Part shown: positions 14,022 through 25,200 of the stretch, piece after piece | How the letters are laid out: each line of letters begins with the position of its first letter | How positions within the stretch are numbered: position 1 is the first letter of the stretch | NCBI RefSeq assembly: GCF_963506605.1 | Contig: NC_083282.1 | Coordinates: forward strand, 58,404,001-58,468,000 | Direction of reading: 5' to 3' | DNA length: 64,000 nt | Source: Zootoca vivipara | Taxonomy: Eukaryota | The notes under the pieces: generated by a model | The model's input: only the letters and a program-made list of their open reading frames with translations | The model's database searches: none | What the model was told of the DNA's origin: nothing | Translations under genes and position numbers: made by a program

Positions 14022-14373
14022 TAGAACACACACATACACACAGAGCGGATTCTAGCACATTAACTTCCACCCTCTGCAAAGCAGAGTTAGGTTAGCGTCT
14101 GTATTCCCAAAATATATATGCCAATTAAATTTTGTGTGCAGTTCTGCTTTACATGGGTTTTATTGCACTTGTCTAGTAACAACTGCTCTCAAAACATTTT
14201 GCAACATCTTCTTCATCACCATGTCTGCACACAGTAAGCCACATGAAGGTTACTGGGAAGGAAACTGCCAACATGATCTGGATCTACCCACACTGGATGT
14301 ATATCCTTCTTCAAGCATTAATGCCCACACAGGAACATTCAATGAGAGAGCTGCATCAGCTGTAATTACCAGG

Positions 14374-14601
14374 TCATAGACTAATAGAGCTATAGCCTTG
14401 GAAGAGACCACAAGGGTCATCAAGTCCAACCCCCTGCAATGCAGGAATCTTTTGGACAACATGTGGCTCGAACCCACAACCCTCATGCATAGCTGCCAAG
14501 TTATCCCTTTTTTAAAGGGATTTTCCATTATGCTGAATAGGCTTCCTCGCGAGAAAAGGGAAAACTTGGCAGCTATGCTCATGCTCTGCCAACTGAGCTA
14601 T
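14374..14601 (-). mobile_element. tRNA-derived SINE with CR1-type 3' tail, interrupted by the 90-bp MITE
   Basis: Minus strand ATAGCTCAGTTGGCAGAGCATGAG [MITE] GGTTGTGGGTTCGAGCC (A and B boxes), then GGGGGTTGGACTTGATGACCCTTGTGGTCTCTTCCAA...CTATGA, which matches the CR1 tail at 5635-5700. Confidence 0.8.
14488..14577. mobile_element. 90-bp MITE, copy 1 (CATAG...CTATG; P-element-like by inference)
   Basis: 24-bp TIR CATAGCTGCCAAGTT(A/T)TCCCTTTT. TSD CTCATG at 14482-14487 / 14578-14583. One difference from copy 3. Confidence 0.9.
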
Positions 14602-14702
14602 GAAGTCAGTAGGCATAGTCTCACTCCCCAATATTTGTAGGGGAGCAATCAAGATGGGAGCATTGTTGGATAGCCCTTGGCCAGGAGAAGTCCTTGAGGC
14701 AC

Positions 14703-14884
14703 TGGGTTGATTCCAACACTTTACATGCAGAGTTCCACTTGCACAAAGGAACTACCTTTTATTCGTTCTGTCCCTGCTCCCATCTGCTCCTGGGGGTGCA
14801 CAGGGACTGCAGGGAAGGGGGATTTTCTGTTGTGCGGGTAGAAGTCTGTTGCACAAGCAGAATGGCAGCGCTGGATACAACCCA
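14703..14884. mobile_element. Old inverted-repeat element
   Basis: TGGGTTGATTCCAAC ... GCTGGATACAACCCA terminal inverted arms. Family unknown. Confidence 0.45.
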
Positions 14885-15307
14885 ATATCAATGTGTTCAT
14901 AATTTATCTGGGCTTCAGAATTTAATGATGGAAAAATAATGGCAGATATTTTTTGATTGGGCTTCAGTTTACTTTCATTTGGAACCCATGGAAATCATTG
15001 TGATATCACATCTATGCATCTTGGCCTAGTTTCTTTTGTCTTGCCCATTTATAATGCACATGTCTTCTGGTTCTGAGATTTGCATACAACTTCTGCTTTT
15101 AGGTCATCTGCATCTCCAAGCAAATAGACTCTACATTTGCATACCACCCACCTACAGGGGTCTTTAGGCATTTTATAAACAAGGGTGAAAATATTCAAAA
15201 GGGGGGGAGGGGTTGGAGCATTTTCAATAAGTCTAACGTTCTCTATGAAGCATACCTCCTGGAAACACCAACAATAAAAGGAAGTCTATCTAATCATTCA
15301 GTATTTG

Positions 15308-15480
15308 CAGTGCTGTTTTCTGGGGGGATGCAGGGGTACGCATACCCCTAAACATTTTGTGAATATTTGTACTTTTGTCCATTTACTATATATTTTTTTC
15401 CCAATTTGAACTATAAAATAGTGATTTTCTTGAGTCAAAATGAGAGTACCCCTAAACATTTTTAAAGAAAAAAAGCACTG
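15308..15480. mobile_element. hAT-type MITE
   Basis: TIR CAGTGCT(G/T)TTTT ... AAAAAGCACTG. Perfect 8-bp TSD AGTATTTG at 15300-15307 / 15481-15488. Confidence 0.85.
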
Positions 15481-15508
15481 AGTATTTGTACTTAGTACCT
15501 AACATTAT

Positions 15509-15584
15509 GAAGACAGGAGTGCCTGGCGTGCTCTGGTCCATGGGGTCACGAAGAGCCGGACACGACTAAACGACTAAACAACAA
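15509..15584 (+). mobile_element. Bov-B 3' end, heavily 5'-truncated (76 bp)
   Basis: Near-identical to the 3' end of the full-length copy. 12-bp TSD ACCTAACATTAT (15497-15508) / ACCTAGCATTAT (15585-15596). Confidence 0.92.
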
Positions 15585-16379
15585 ACCTAGCATTATATAT
15601 GTATTTATGTTCACATAATAAAAAAGGGAGTGTTTTGTAAAAGAGATGTGAAATAAGTCAGTGGAGGCTAACTGCAGTTCAAAAAGAGACTAAAAGTACA
15701 ACAGAAGTGTAGGAAGAATCTGTACGGTAATTTGTGTCTCAAGCAAGAATGCTGGAAGGAGAGAATATTTTTTGCCACCATAGTTCCACTAAGGCCCAGG
15801 CTACCTACAATACTTATTCTCATCAACATTAACAGATTTAGAAAGCGCTCTGCTTGAAAACACATGGATTGTTTCAGAAGACAAAACAGATTCAGAATTA
15901 CTGTGGCAAGAGATCAGCTGAAGTCCCCAATGACTTGTTAATAGCCATCAAATAAGTGTGACTGTTCTGGCATACACTCACACAGGGGATGTAGGCGAGT
16001 ATGGGGAACTAGCAAACACCCAGCTACTAACCCAGAGAGCCACATGAGAAGGATATAATGGTTAATGATATGAAAGTCAGCCAACAGATCCAGGAAACCA
16101 ACAGGGTTTCACTTTCTCTCTGGCTCTCCCCAAAAAAGTCATTCATCAGGGTGACCATGGCTGATTCTGTACTGTGTTTCCTCAAAGTGTGCTTGGAGGA
16201 AATGTATTTCTTTTCCTAAGGAAATGGTATTTGCAACTGGATATTAATTATTGCAGACCTCCAGATCCAGTGGAGGTGTTTGAGTAGTAGTCACATACAC
16301 CCCACATTTAAAAATGTAAAAGTAATACCTCTTCACTGCCACACGATAGGCACAGGAATATGTGTTCTAGCCCATGTTA

Positions 16380-16800
16380 AATCATCTTCATGGTGAGTTT
16401 CATGCCATTTGCTCTCCAACCATTGTCCAATTTACTTCATCATCCAAAGCTCCCTGGAAATCCAGAGGGCACTTTGCACTCTACAATGTCAGAGAGGGCA
16501 CCTGGGAGGGATTCCATCAATGACCCTTCTCATCCCACCATTCCACAGTGAGACCAGAATCTCGACAGAATCCCCAGCTCTACTCAACTCCCGCAAAACA
16601 TTCAGGATACCATCAGCTTCCTTAATTCTCTGGTGATGGACAATCTTAATGCATCTTCCACCCTTACAGGAAGGTAAAGCTGCCACCACTCCAGATCTTA
16701 GCAGAAAATGGTCTGACCTTGTCAACAGGCTTTTAGAGGACCATGCAGCCATTACAAGACTACACTGAGCGGTCTTTCACCATGATAGATCATCACGACT
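16380..16800 (-). mobile_element. L2 ORF2 internal fragment (end of APE domain and linker)
   Basis: Peptide SDHFLL...CKGGRCIKIVH.QRI.EADG.LN.L...AGDSVE.LVSLWN..M.R.ID.IPP.CPL resembles squamate L2 ORF2. Confidence 0.7.
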
Positions 16801-19067
16801 GTGTTCCATATCACTAAACTTTCCAGAAGCTCAGTTAAAGGGAGCTGAGCTCCTCTGGCCCATTGCCTTTAATTACAAAGGCCGATCCATTCACAAGAGA
16901 CCCGCTGTTTCTAAAGTACCATATGTTAGGAAGCAGGGAAGCCCTCCCCCCTGCCTGCGGCTGCCAGAAACCCCTAAGTTCAGTTGTGCTGTTAAAAAAG
17001 GATTAGGACAGGGTATGATTAAACCGGGGAGTTTAAAATGACAAACAAGCCTCTAAATGGGATTAGAGCCTTAATGAAAGCAGTAATGAATGAAAGAAGC
17101 ACCGGAATATTACCCATAAATATCCAACAGATAGATTAGATCCCTGGATACTGCATTAGCAGACTCTATAAAATTATTTCAATTACTCTTCATCGATAAA
17201 TAACAAGGCCATATTCCACGTAGAAGCAAATTCTTCTCTGCTGCTGTTTGGAGCCATTAAAAGAGATGTGGAGTTTTTAAATCTCATGAAAAGTGAGAAA
17301 GAGGCAACACACAGAGATGTTGAGAAATGCTGCAGAATATAACAAATATGTATTAGCAGTGTATATTTTAGAGCATATTCTTGCAGCTGCTTGGTTTCTC
17401 CTATCCTATTTTTGTTAGCATTATAAGGCTGGAGAAATACAATATTTGTTTAATAGAGTTGACGATAGAGGCCGCATTCAGACATGCAGTTTACTGTGTT
17501 AGCTTTACTGGTTATCCCTGCTTGAACAATGGAAATTCACTTTCGGCCTTGGCGCAGAATACCTAAAGGAGCTGCTTGTTCTGCATTCGATCTCACTCCT
17601 AGCATTTATATCAGACCTGGCCAGTCCATTTTATCTGCCAACCAAAGGGGCAGATGCTGGGTGTCTCTATTTCCTACCATGATTGGAGAGAGTTCTTAGA
17701 CCTGCCTGTGCACAGTGTCCTCCAATATTGCTCACCAAGCCGGGGTCAAGCATGGAGACATATGGCAGGCTTTGAGACTCCTAGTTACACGTTCCAGCAT
17801 TCCTGACACAGTACTTCCTTCAGAAAAGTGCAAAAGCAGGCACCTCTATAGAATGCCACTGAAGGAACAGAGGCACCATGAATGAAACTGGGGAAGTGGG
17901 ATGGAAAATGTATATTAACTTCCCACTGTCTCTGATTTTCCCACTCTAGCCAAATGTTCAGGAAGGCAGGAGAGTCACATGAACTATCATTCCTGCAGCT
18001 GAGGGGACAGATGACCTTTCCAATTCAGTACCTTTATAAATCTTAAGTAATGAAACTTATTACAAAAGAAATGAAAAAGCTCAGGTTAAATAATTTTCCA
18101 CAAGAGATTTATGCTCAGAGCTTGGAGCATGCAGACAGAAGGGTGGATCATATAATAGACCTTCCACATTCTTTTTCTTAAAACTACAGTAACTCTTAAA
18201 GCAATGGATGAATGACAGGAGCCCTGGGAACAGCAACTAGTTTGCCAAATCAAGGGGGTGGGTGGGTCAAAGAAGTTAAGCTGTATCTGTCCTCCCCCAC
18301 CCTTCATTATTATGACATGATTAACTCAGCCTTAACAGCAAGAACACACTTTAATATGGTATGTTCCCCACATTCCCAAGCAGTGAGAGGTGTCTGGGGC
18401 AACAGTGTTACCTAGCTTTGGTTTCTTTTGGTTGAAACCATTTTTGTCTTTGTAGAGTTTGCTTGGTTTACAAATGCAGCACAAGTAGAAGCAAACAGCT
18501 TCTACAAGGCAGCAGATCTACCACTGTACTCTGCAGATCCAGAAAGAGATATTCTGCAACCCAAGGTGCATCTCAGTTCAGCCAACACTCTGTTCTCACT
18601 TTGCCCCCATCTATTTGAAATTGATCTGCACATTTCTTTGGGGGAAAGGAGGGTCACCAAGGTTTCAGGAGACCATCTCTCAACAAGAGACATCAATTCA
18701 CCATTCCAGGCTGTTAACCTAACTGGGGGACATTTGGCCAGGAGTGGAAAAATATCGTGTTGTTATGGCAACAACAACATTAGCAGCATCCCATCAAGAC
18801 TTGACTCTTCAAAAATCCCATTCTCTTCTTGAGGTTGGACAGCTCTCACTCGTACAAGCTAGCTAGTCAAGTACATTTAAGCTCCTGGCTTCTCCTTTAT
18901 TCTGCTGCACACAGCAGAGCAAGTACTAGTGTTTGTGGTTTAGAAGTGCCCCAGGGAACTAGGGGAAAGAACATACAAGAAGCCCCCATTAGCCTACTTA
19001 AAAATAGAAACAGCTGTCTGAGCCACAGGAGGTTTGGTCAAGGAGTTCAGCCGTGAGCCAGTCAAAT

Positions 19068-22000
19068 GTTTGTTGTTTAGTCGTTTAGTCGTGTCCGACT
19101 CTTCGTGACCCCATGGACCATAGCACGCCAGGCACTCCTGTCTTCCACTGCCTCCCGTAGTTTGGTCAAACTCATGTTCGTAGCTTCGAGAACACTGTCC
19201 AACCATCTTGTCCTCTGTCGTCCCCTTCTCCTAGTGCCCTCAATCTTTCCCAACATCAGGGTCTTTTCCAAGGATTCTTCTCTTCTCATGAGGTGGCCAA
19301 AGTATTGGAGCCTCAGCTTCACGATCTGTCCTTCCAGGGAGCACTCAGGGCTGATTTCCTTAAGAATGGATAGGTTTGATCTTCTAGCAGTCCATGGGAC
19401 TCTCAAGAGTCTCCTCCAGCACCATAATTCAAAAGCATCAATTCTTCGGCGATCAGCCTTCTTTATGGTCCAGCTCTCACTTCTATACATCACTACTGGG
19501 AAAACCATAGCTTTAACTATACGGACCTTTGTCGGCAAGGTGATGTCTCTGCTTTTTAAGATGCTGTCTAGGTTTGTCATTGCTTTTCTCCCAAGAAGCA
19601 GGCGTCTTTTAATTTCGTGACTGCTGTCACCATCTGCAGTGATCAAGGAGCCCAAGAAAGTAAAATCTCTCACTGCCTCCATTTCTTCCCCTTCTATTTG
19701 CCAGGAGGTGATGGGACCAGTGGCCATGATCTTGGTTTTTTTGATGTTGAGCTTCAGACCATATTTTGCGCTCTCCTCTTTCACCCTCATTAAAAGGTTC
19801 TTTAATTCCTCCTCACTTTCTGCCATCAAGGTTGTGTCATCTGCATATCTGAGGTTGTTGATATTTCTTCCGGCAATCTTAATTCCTGCTTGGGATTCAT
19901 CTAGTCCAGCCTTTCGCATGATGAATTCTGCATATAAGTTAAATAAGCAGGGAGACAATATACAACCTTGTCGTACTCCTTTCCCAATTTTGAACCAATC
20001 CGTTGTTCCATATCCAGTTCTAACTGCAGCTTCTTGTCCCACATAGAGATTTCTCAGGAGACAGATGAGGTGATCAGGCACTCCCATTTCTTTAAGAACT
20101 TGCCATAGTTTGCTGTGGTCGACACAGTCAAAGGCTTTTGCATAGTCAATGAAGCAGAAGTAGACGTTTTTCTGGAACTCTCTAGCTTTCTCCATAATCC
20201 AGCGCATGTTTGCTATTTGGTCTCTGGTTCCTCTGCCCTTTCGAAATCCAGCTTGCACTTCTGGGAGTTCTCGGTCCACATACTGCCTAAGCCTGCCTTG
20301 TAGAATTTTAAGCATAACCTTGCTAGCGTGTGAAATGAGGGCAATTGTGCGGTAGTTGGAGCATTCTTTGGCACTGCCCTTCTTTGGAATTGGGATGTAG
20401 ACTGATCTTCTCCAATCCTCTGGCCATTGCTGAGTTTTCCAAACTTGCTGGCATATTGGGTGTAGCACCTTAACAGCATCATCTTTTAAAATTTTAAATA
20501 GTTCAGCTGGAATATCATCACTTCCACTGGCCTTGTTATTAGCAGTGCTTTCTAAGGCCCATTTGACTTCACTCTCCAAGATGTCTGGCTCAAGGTCAGC
20601 AACCACACTACCTGGGGTGTACGAGACCTCCATATCTTTCTGGTATAATTCCTCTGTGTATTCTTGCCACCTCTTCTTGATGTCTTCTGCTTCTGTTAGG
20701 TCCTTACCACTTTTGTCCTTGATTATGGTAATCTTTGTACGAAATGTTCCTTTCATATCTCCAATTTTCTTGAACAGATCTCTGGTTTTCCCCATTCTAT
20801 TGTTTTCCTCTATTTCTTTGCATTGCTCATTTAAGAAGACCCTCTTGTCTCTCCTTGCTGTTTTTTGGAAATCTGCATTCAGTTTCCTGTATCTTTCCCT
20901 ATCTCCCTTGCATTTTGCTTGCCTCCTCTCCTCCGCTATTTGTAAGGCCTCGTTGGACAGCCATTTTGCTTTCTTGCATTTCCTTTTCCTTGGGATGGTT
21001 TTCGTTGCTGCCTCCTGTATAATGTTACGAGCCTCCATCCATAGTTCTTCAGGCACTCTGTCCACCAAATCTAAATCCTTAAACCTGTTCCTCACTTCCA
21101 CTGTGTATTCATAAGGGATTTGATTCAGATTGTATCTTACTGGCCCAGTGGTTTTTCCTACTTTCTTCAGTTTAAGCTGGAATTTTGCTATAAGAAGCTG
21201 ATGATCTGAGTTACAGTCAGCTCCAGGTCTTGTTTTTGCTGACTGTATAGAGCTTCTCCATCTTTGGCTGCAGAGAATATAATCAATCTGATTTCGATGC
21301 TGCCCATTTGGTGATATCCATGTGTAGAGTCGTCTCTTGTGTTGTTGGAAGAGAGTGTTTGTGATGACCAGCTTGTTCTCTTGACAGAACTCTATTAGCC
21401 TTTGCCCTGCTTCATTTTGAACTCCAAGGCCAAACTTGCCAGTTGTTCCTTTTATCTCTTGATTCCCTACTTTAGCATTCCAATCCCCTGTAATGAGAAG
21501 AACATCCTTCTTTGGTGTCATTTCTAGAAGGTGTTGTAGGTCTTCATAGAATTGGTCAATTTCACTTTCTTCAGCACCGGTAGTTGGTGCATAAACTTGG
21601 ATTACTGTGATGTTAAAAGGTCTGCCTTGGATTCGTATCGAGATCATTCTGTCATTTTTGAGATTGCATCCCATCACAGCTTTTGCCACTCTTTTGTTGA
21701 CTATGAGGGCCACTCCATTTCTTCTACAGGATTCTTGCCCACAGTAGTAGATATGATAGTCACCCGAACTGAATTCACCCATTCCCTTCCATTTTAGTTC
21801 ACTGATGCCCAGGATGTCGATATTTATTCTTGTCATCTCATTTTTGACCACATCCAGCTTACCTCTATTCATGGTTCTTACATTCCAGGTTCCTATGCAA
21901 TATTTTTCTTTACAGCATCGGACTTTCCTTTCGCTTCCAGGCATATCCGCAACTGAGCGTCCTTTCGGCTTTGGCCCAGCCGCTTCATCAGCTCTGAATC

Positions 22001-22288
22001 TACTTGTACTTGTCCTCCGCTCTTCCTCAGTAGCATGTTGGACGCCTTCCGACCTGAGGGGCTCATCTTCCAGCGTCATAACTTTTATATGCCTGTTGTC
22101 TTTGTCCATGGAGTTTTCTTGGCAGGGATACTGGAGTGGCTTGCCAGTTCCTTCTCCAGGTGGATCACGTTTAGTCAAAACTCTCCACTATGACCTGTCC
22201 ATCTTGGGTGGCCCTGCATGGCATAGCTCATAGCTTCTCTGAGTTATTCAAGCCCCTTCGCCACGACAAGGCATTGATCCATGAAGGG
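19068..22288 (-). mobile_element. Full-length Bov-B LINE (RTE clade), 3221 bp
   Basis: Perfect 13-bp TSD GAGCCAGTCAAAT at 19055-19067 and 22289-22301. Bov-B-type 5' end (CCCTTCATGGATCAATGCCTTGTCGTGGCGAAGGGGCTTG...GGAGAAGGAACTGGCAAGCCACTCCAGTATCC). 3' end ...GGGGTCACGAAGAGTCGGACACGACTAAACGACTAAACAACAAAC. Single long ORF. Confidence 0.97.
19077..22109 (-). CDS. Bov-B ORF: AP-endonuclease + reverse transcriptase (1010 aa from first ATG at 22109; track start at 22178 is a TTG)
   Basis: APE motifs GTWNVRT, ILGISE, IQVYAPT, GDWNAK, IDYIL, SDH. RT motifs YRTIALIS, QAGFR, FIDYAKAFD, GVRQGCILSP, YADD. RTE-type basic C-terminus RRRGRQRTRW. No internal stops or frameshifts. Confidence 0.96.
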   Translation of the reverse strand: MDKDNRHIKVMTLEDEPLRSEGVQHATEEERRTSTSRFRADEAAGPKPKGRSVADMPGSERKVRCCKEKYCIGTWNVRTMNRGKLDVVKNEMTRINIDILGISELKWKGMGEFSSGDYHIYYCGQESCRRNGVALIVNKRVAKAVMGCNLKNDRMISIRIQGRPFNITVIQVYAPTTGAEESEIDQFYEDLQHLLEMTPKKDVLLITGDWNAKVGNQEIKGTTGKFGLGVQNEAGQRLIEFCQENKLVITNTLFQQHKRRLYTWISPNGQHRNQIDYILCSQRWRSSIQSAKTRPGADCNSDHQLLIAKFQLKLKKVGKTTGPVRYNLNQIPYEYTVEVRNRFKDLDLVDRVPEELWMEARNIIQEAATKTIPRKRKCKKAKWLSNEALQIAEERRQAKCKGDRERYRKLNADFQKTARRDKRVFLNEQCKEIEENNRMGKTRDLFKKIGDMKGTFRTKITIIKDKSGKDLTEAEDIKKRWQEYTEELYQKDMEVSYTPGSVVADLEPDILESEVKWALESTANNKASGSDDIPAELFKILKDDAVKVLHPICQQVWKTQQWPEDWRRSVYIPIPKKGSAKECSNYRTIALISHASKVMLKILQGRLRQYVDRELPEVQAGFRKGRGTRDQIANMRWIMEKAREFQKNVYFCFIDYAKAFDCVDHSKLWQVLKEMGVPDHLICLLRNLYVGQEAAVRTGYGTTDWFKIGKGVRQGCILSPCLFNLYAEFIMRKAGLDESQAGIKIAGRNINNLRYADDTTLMAESEEELKNLLMRVKEESAKYGLKLNIKKTKIMATGPITSWQIEGEEMEAVRDFTFLGSLITADGDSSHEIKRRLLLGRKAMTNLDSILKSRDITLPTKVRIVKAMVFPVVMYRSESWTIKKADRRRIDAFELWCWRRLLRVPWTARRSNLSILKEISPECSLEGQIVKLRLQYFGHLMRREESLEKTLMLGKIEGTRRRGRQRTRWLDSVLEATNMSLTKLREAVEDRSAWRAMVHGVTKSRTRLND

Positions 22289-25200
22289 GAGCCAGTCAAA
22301 TAAGGTTAGTGTATTGGTCTCACACAGCACACAGTGTTATTGTTTAGATCACTCATTATTTTCTTTTATTAATAGTTTATTGGGGTTTTATTATGAGCAA
22401 ATGTTTTTCTATTTAGAAGAGATACTAATACAACAATACTTTTTGCAAGTTTAAAGGATTATAGGTAAATAGGTTTTGCTTTCTCTTATATTTGATAAAA
22501 ACAACTAGAGGAAAAACTATAACACCTGATATGGACTTTGCAAGTTTGGTCATGTAAGATTTTTGAGAAATCCAATTCCTGAAAGCTTCTCAAACAGAAA
22601 AAATCCATGTATCTCTCTGTCTTGTGTGACTTGTTCAACTGTCAGCCTATGGTTACCTTGAGCCCCAATCAAGAGAAACTGCAATATTTTGCGTGTACCA
22701 AGGAAAACTGTATGAACTAATTCTGCCATAAGGAATGTAGGATATCAAATAATAAATGTTTAAAGTTCAGGAATAAGCATTGATGCTGAAAAGGCTCTAT
22801 TGAATAGACTCTATGAATAGAAACAATACTTTATTTTTTTAATAAAATAATAATATTATTTTGCTATAACTGCTAACTAGGGATTTCCTTGCCATGGGAC
22901 AGAAGTGGCCAAGAATAAGCATAATAATTAGTTGTTGGCAATATGCACAAGCAAAATGTTTAGTACATTGTAAATGCTGTAAAACATGTAACATAATGAA
23001 ATATGTTAAAAGCATAAGTTAAATTGATAAACAGCTCTGTTTCCGAATCCAAATTAAACCAGGGTATGATAAAGATATATTCATTATCTGTAATTTTGTT
23101 TGCAATAATCATTGTGTGTCTGTGTGTGAAATAATTTTGCATGTTTTAAAAACTATTACACATTATCTAATCCTGTTTAATATTTTACCATTAGGAAATA
23201 TCAATACTATAAAACTGAATGTACTATATTACCAAACAGTTTTATTTCAAAATATTCTAGTTAGCTTGAGGTGAAGAAAATATGTTCTCTAAGCGGTAGA
23301 AATAAATTGGTTCATAAAGAACAAGAAAAAAAACCATGTATTAATAGTAAAATCATCATTACTTAATAACCGTTCAATAAAATAGTTAAAACTACTAAAT
23401 CTGACCATGGGAAGAAAAGAGCACATAGGGTGGACCTGCATTCAGTGATGCTGGCTGTTAGCCTCCCGCTGCTGAAAGCGTGATGGGAACTTGACTCTTT
23501 CAGCTAGGCAGGTGGGCAAGAGGTCTTCTACCGTAGGGGAATGCAATGAGGCGTTTATTAAAAACTGTTATAAAAAACATACAGCATCATACTTAACTCT
23601 TATGAATATTAGCAAGCATCGTAACTTGCCAGATGGAGTAAAGATTGCCCGGTGATATTCCTGATGCACTCACCTTACTCTTAAAAAAATCATTCTTTTC
23701 ATTTGAATATACGAGATAACTACTTTAAAATGGCTCTGTGATGGCACCTTACATCTCCCCTATCCTCCTGAAATTTTATCAAAGGGTCAGGGGAACCTAT
23801 CAAATCTTAAGGACTGTAACATTTAGCGTTGCAGTGGAAGGAGGAAACAGCCTAAAACAGGGAATCTTGTGTGTGTAGCGCAATATTCCTCTGTCCAATT
23901 CCAGTCAATTTCTCCCTCTCATAGCAGAGCCCATAATGTTCAAGCAAGTTCTGCTACCCTTTCGATAGTGATTTTTGGGAAGAATGAAGGGAATGAGGAG
24001 GGAAAGGAAATAGCAGTTTTGTTAGCTCCCTTCCACTTTCACAACATTGTATGCAACTGTTGACATTGGGCATGAGCCCCCACTACAATATATGGTTTTA
24101 TTTGTCTCCTGAACACTTTTTAGAAAGCCTATCCAGACATACAATTTAGTTATCTACGTCTGCTTTCAAAGTTTTACTGACTTATTTTTGTGTTTTATTA
24201 TCTTTGGACATGTGGGTTTTTAAAAAAGTTTTGTGGGTTTTAGCTGCGCTTTACCAATGTTTTTATTGTGTGTATCATGTATGACCTTTAAGATTAAGTT
24301 GTCTAGAAATCTTTCTAAATGAATAAAAATATAGAATTACACCAGACAAAAAGCTGCATTTCTCAGGACGCTATGAGGCTTGTTTACACTGGTCAAGCAT
24401 ACCAAAGATCAACAGAACATTAAAATGTGGGAGATATTTGGAGCTTTGTGGCAAGTGATATTGCAACAAAGTACACAATGCTAATATGAATTATGATTAT
24501 TTGAATTTGATTAAACAACCTTGATGGCTTCTGCCATCATCGGCTTCTCTGATAAATATCAAATGATGGTGGAAATCAGAGCAGGAAACAGTATAATTTC
24601 ATTTTTATCACAGCAGCTGATGAAAGGGGAAGCCAAAATGTTTTGCCACATAAATAAAATATTATGATTTGTTAATCACAATAATGTACAGTATTTTAAT
24701 GAATAACTAAATTCTAGCAGGGATCCAGAGCCAGCTTGCAGGAAGATGCTTTTATAACTATATATTATATACATTTATATAAATACGATAAATTATCTGC
24801 CAAACGAAGTAATGACAAATAAAACTAGCATGGTAAAAATAGCCACTAAAAGATGTGGCACAACTGGGAGTGTCAGAAAATGTCCAATAGCCCTATCAAT
24901 AAGTCAGGTATGTAGCTAAGCCTCAAGAGTTTGAAAAGAGGCAATAGGTATAATGTAAAGAAAAACCCCTTCTGTAATAACTGCCTAACTCAGCCAGCAT
25001 CCAGCCTAAGCTCATTCCAGTTCTCTTTTGCTGGTTTTCTTCTCTTCTGTAGACAGCAGGGGCACAGGAAGCAGGGAAGCACTGACTTCCCTCCCTTAAC
25101 CTCCCCTTCAAAGCTGGATGAAAACTCAGTGCTGCAGAGAGGTTTCTCCATAGGACAACCAGCCAGGGATGAGGTTAATAGGCCTGCCCCATGTGTGACC

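Noticed and set aside
18428-18832. 134-aa plus-strand ORF
   Set aside because: Non-ATG start, no recognisable motif, antisense to the host gene.
22168-22176. 9-bp match between the Bov-B 5' region (CGTTTAGTC) and its 3' terminal repeat
   Set aside because: Too short to distinguish from chance in a 3.2-kb element without comparing other Bov-B families.
19105-22233. Several long plus-strand ORFs (171, 135, 193, 142 aa) in one frame opposite Bov-B
   Set aside because: Shadow ORFs. In this register a stop needs a Tyr/His/Gln codon after a pyrimidine on the coding strand, so stops are sparse. There are no protein motifs and the frame is interrupted.
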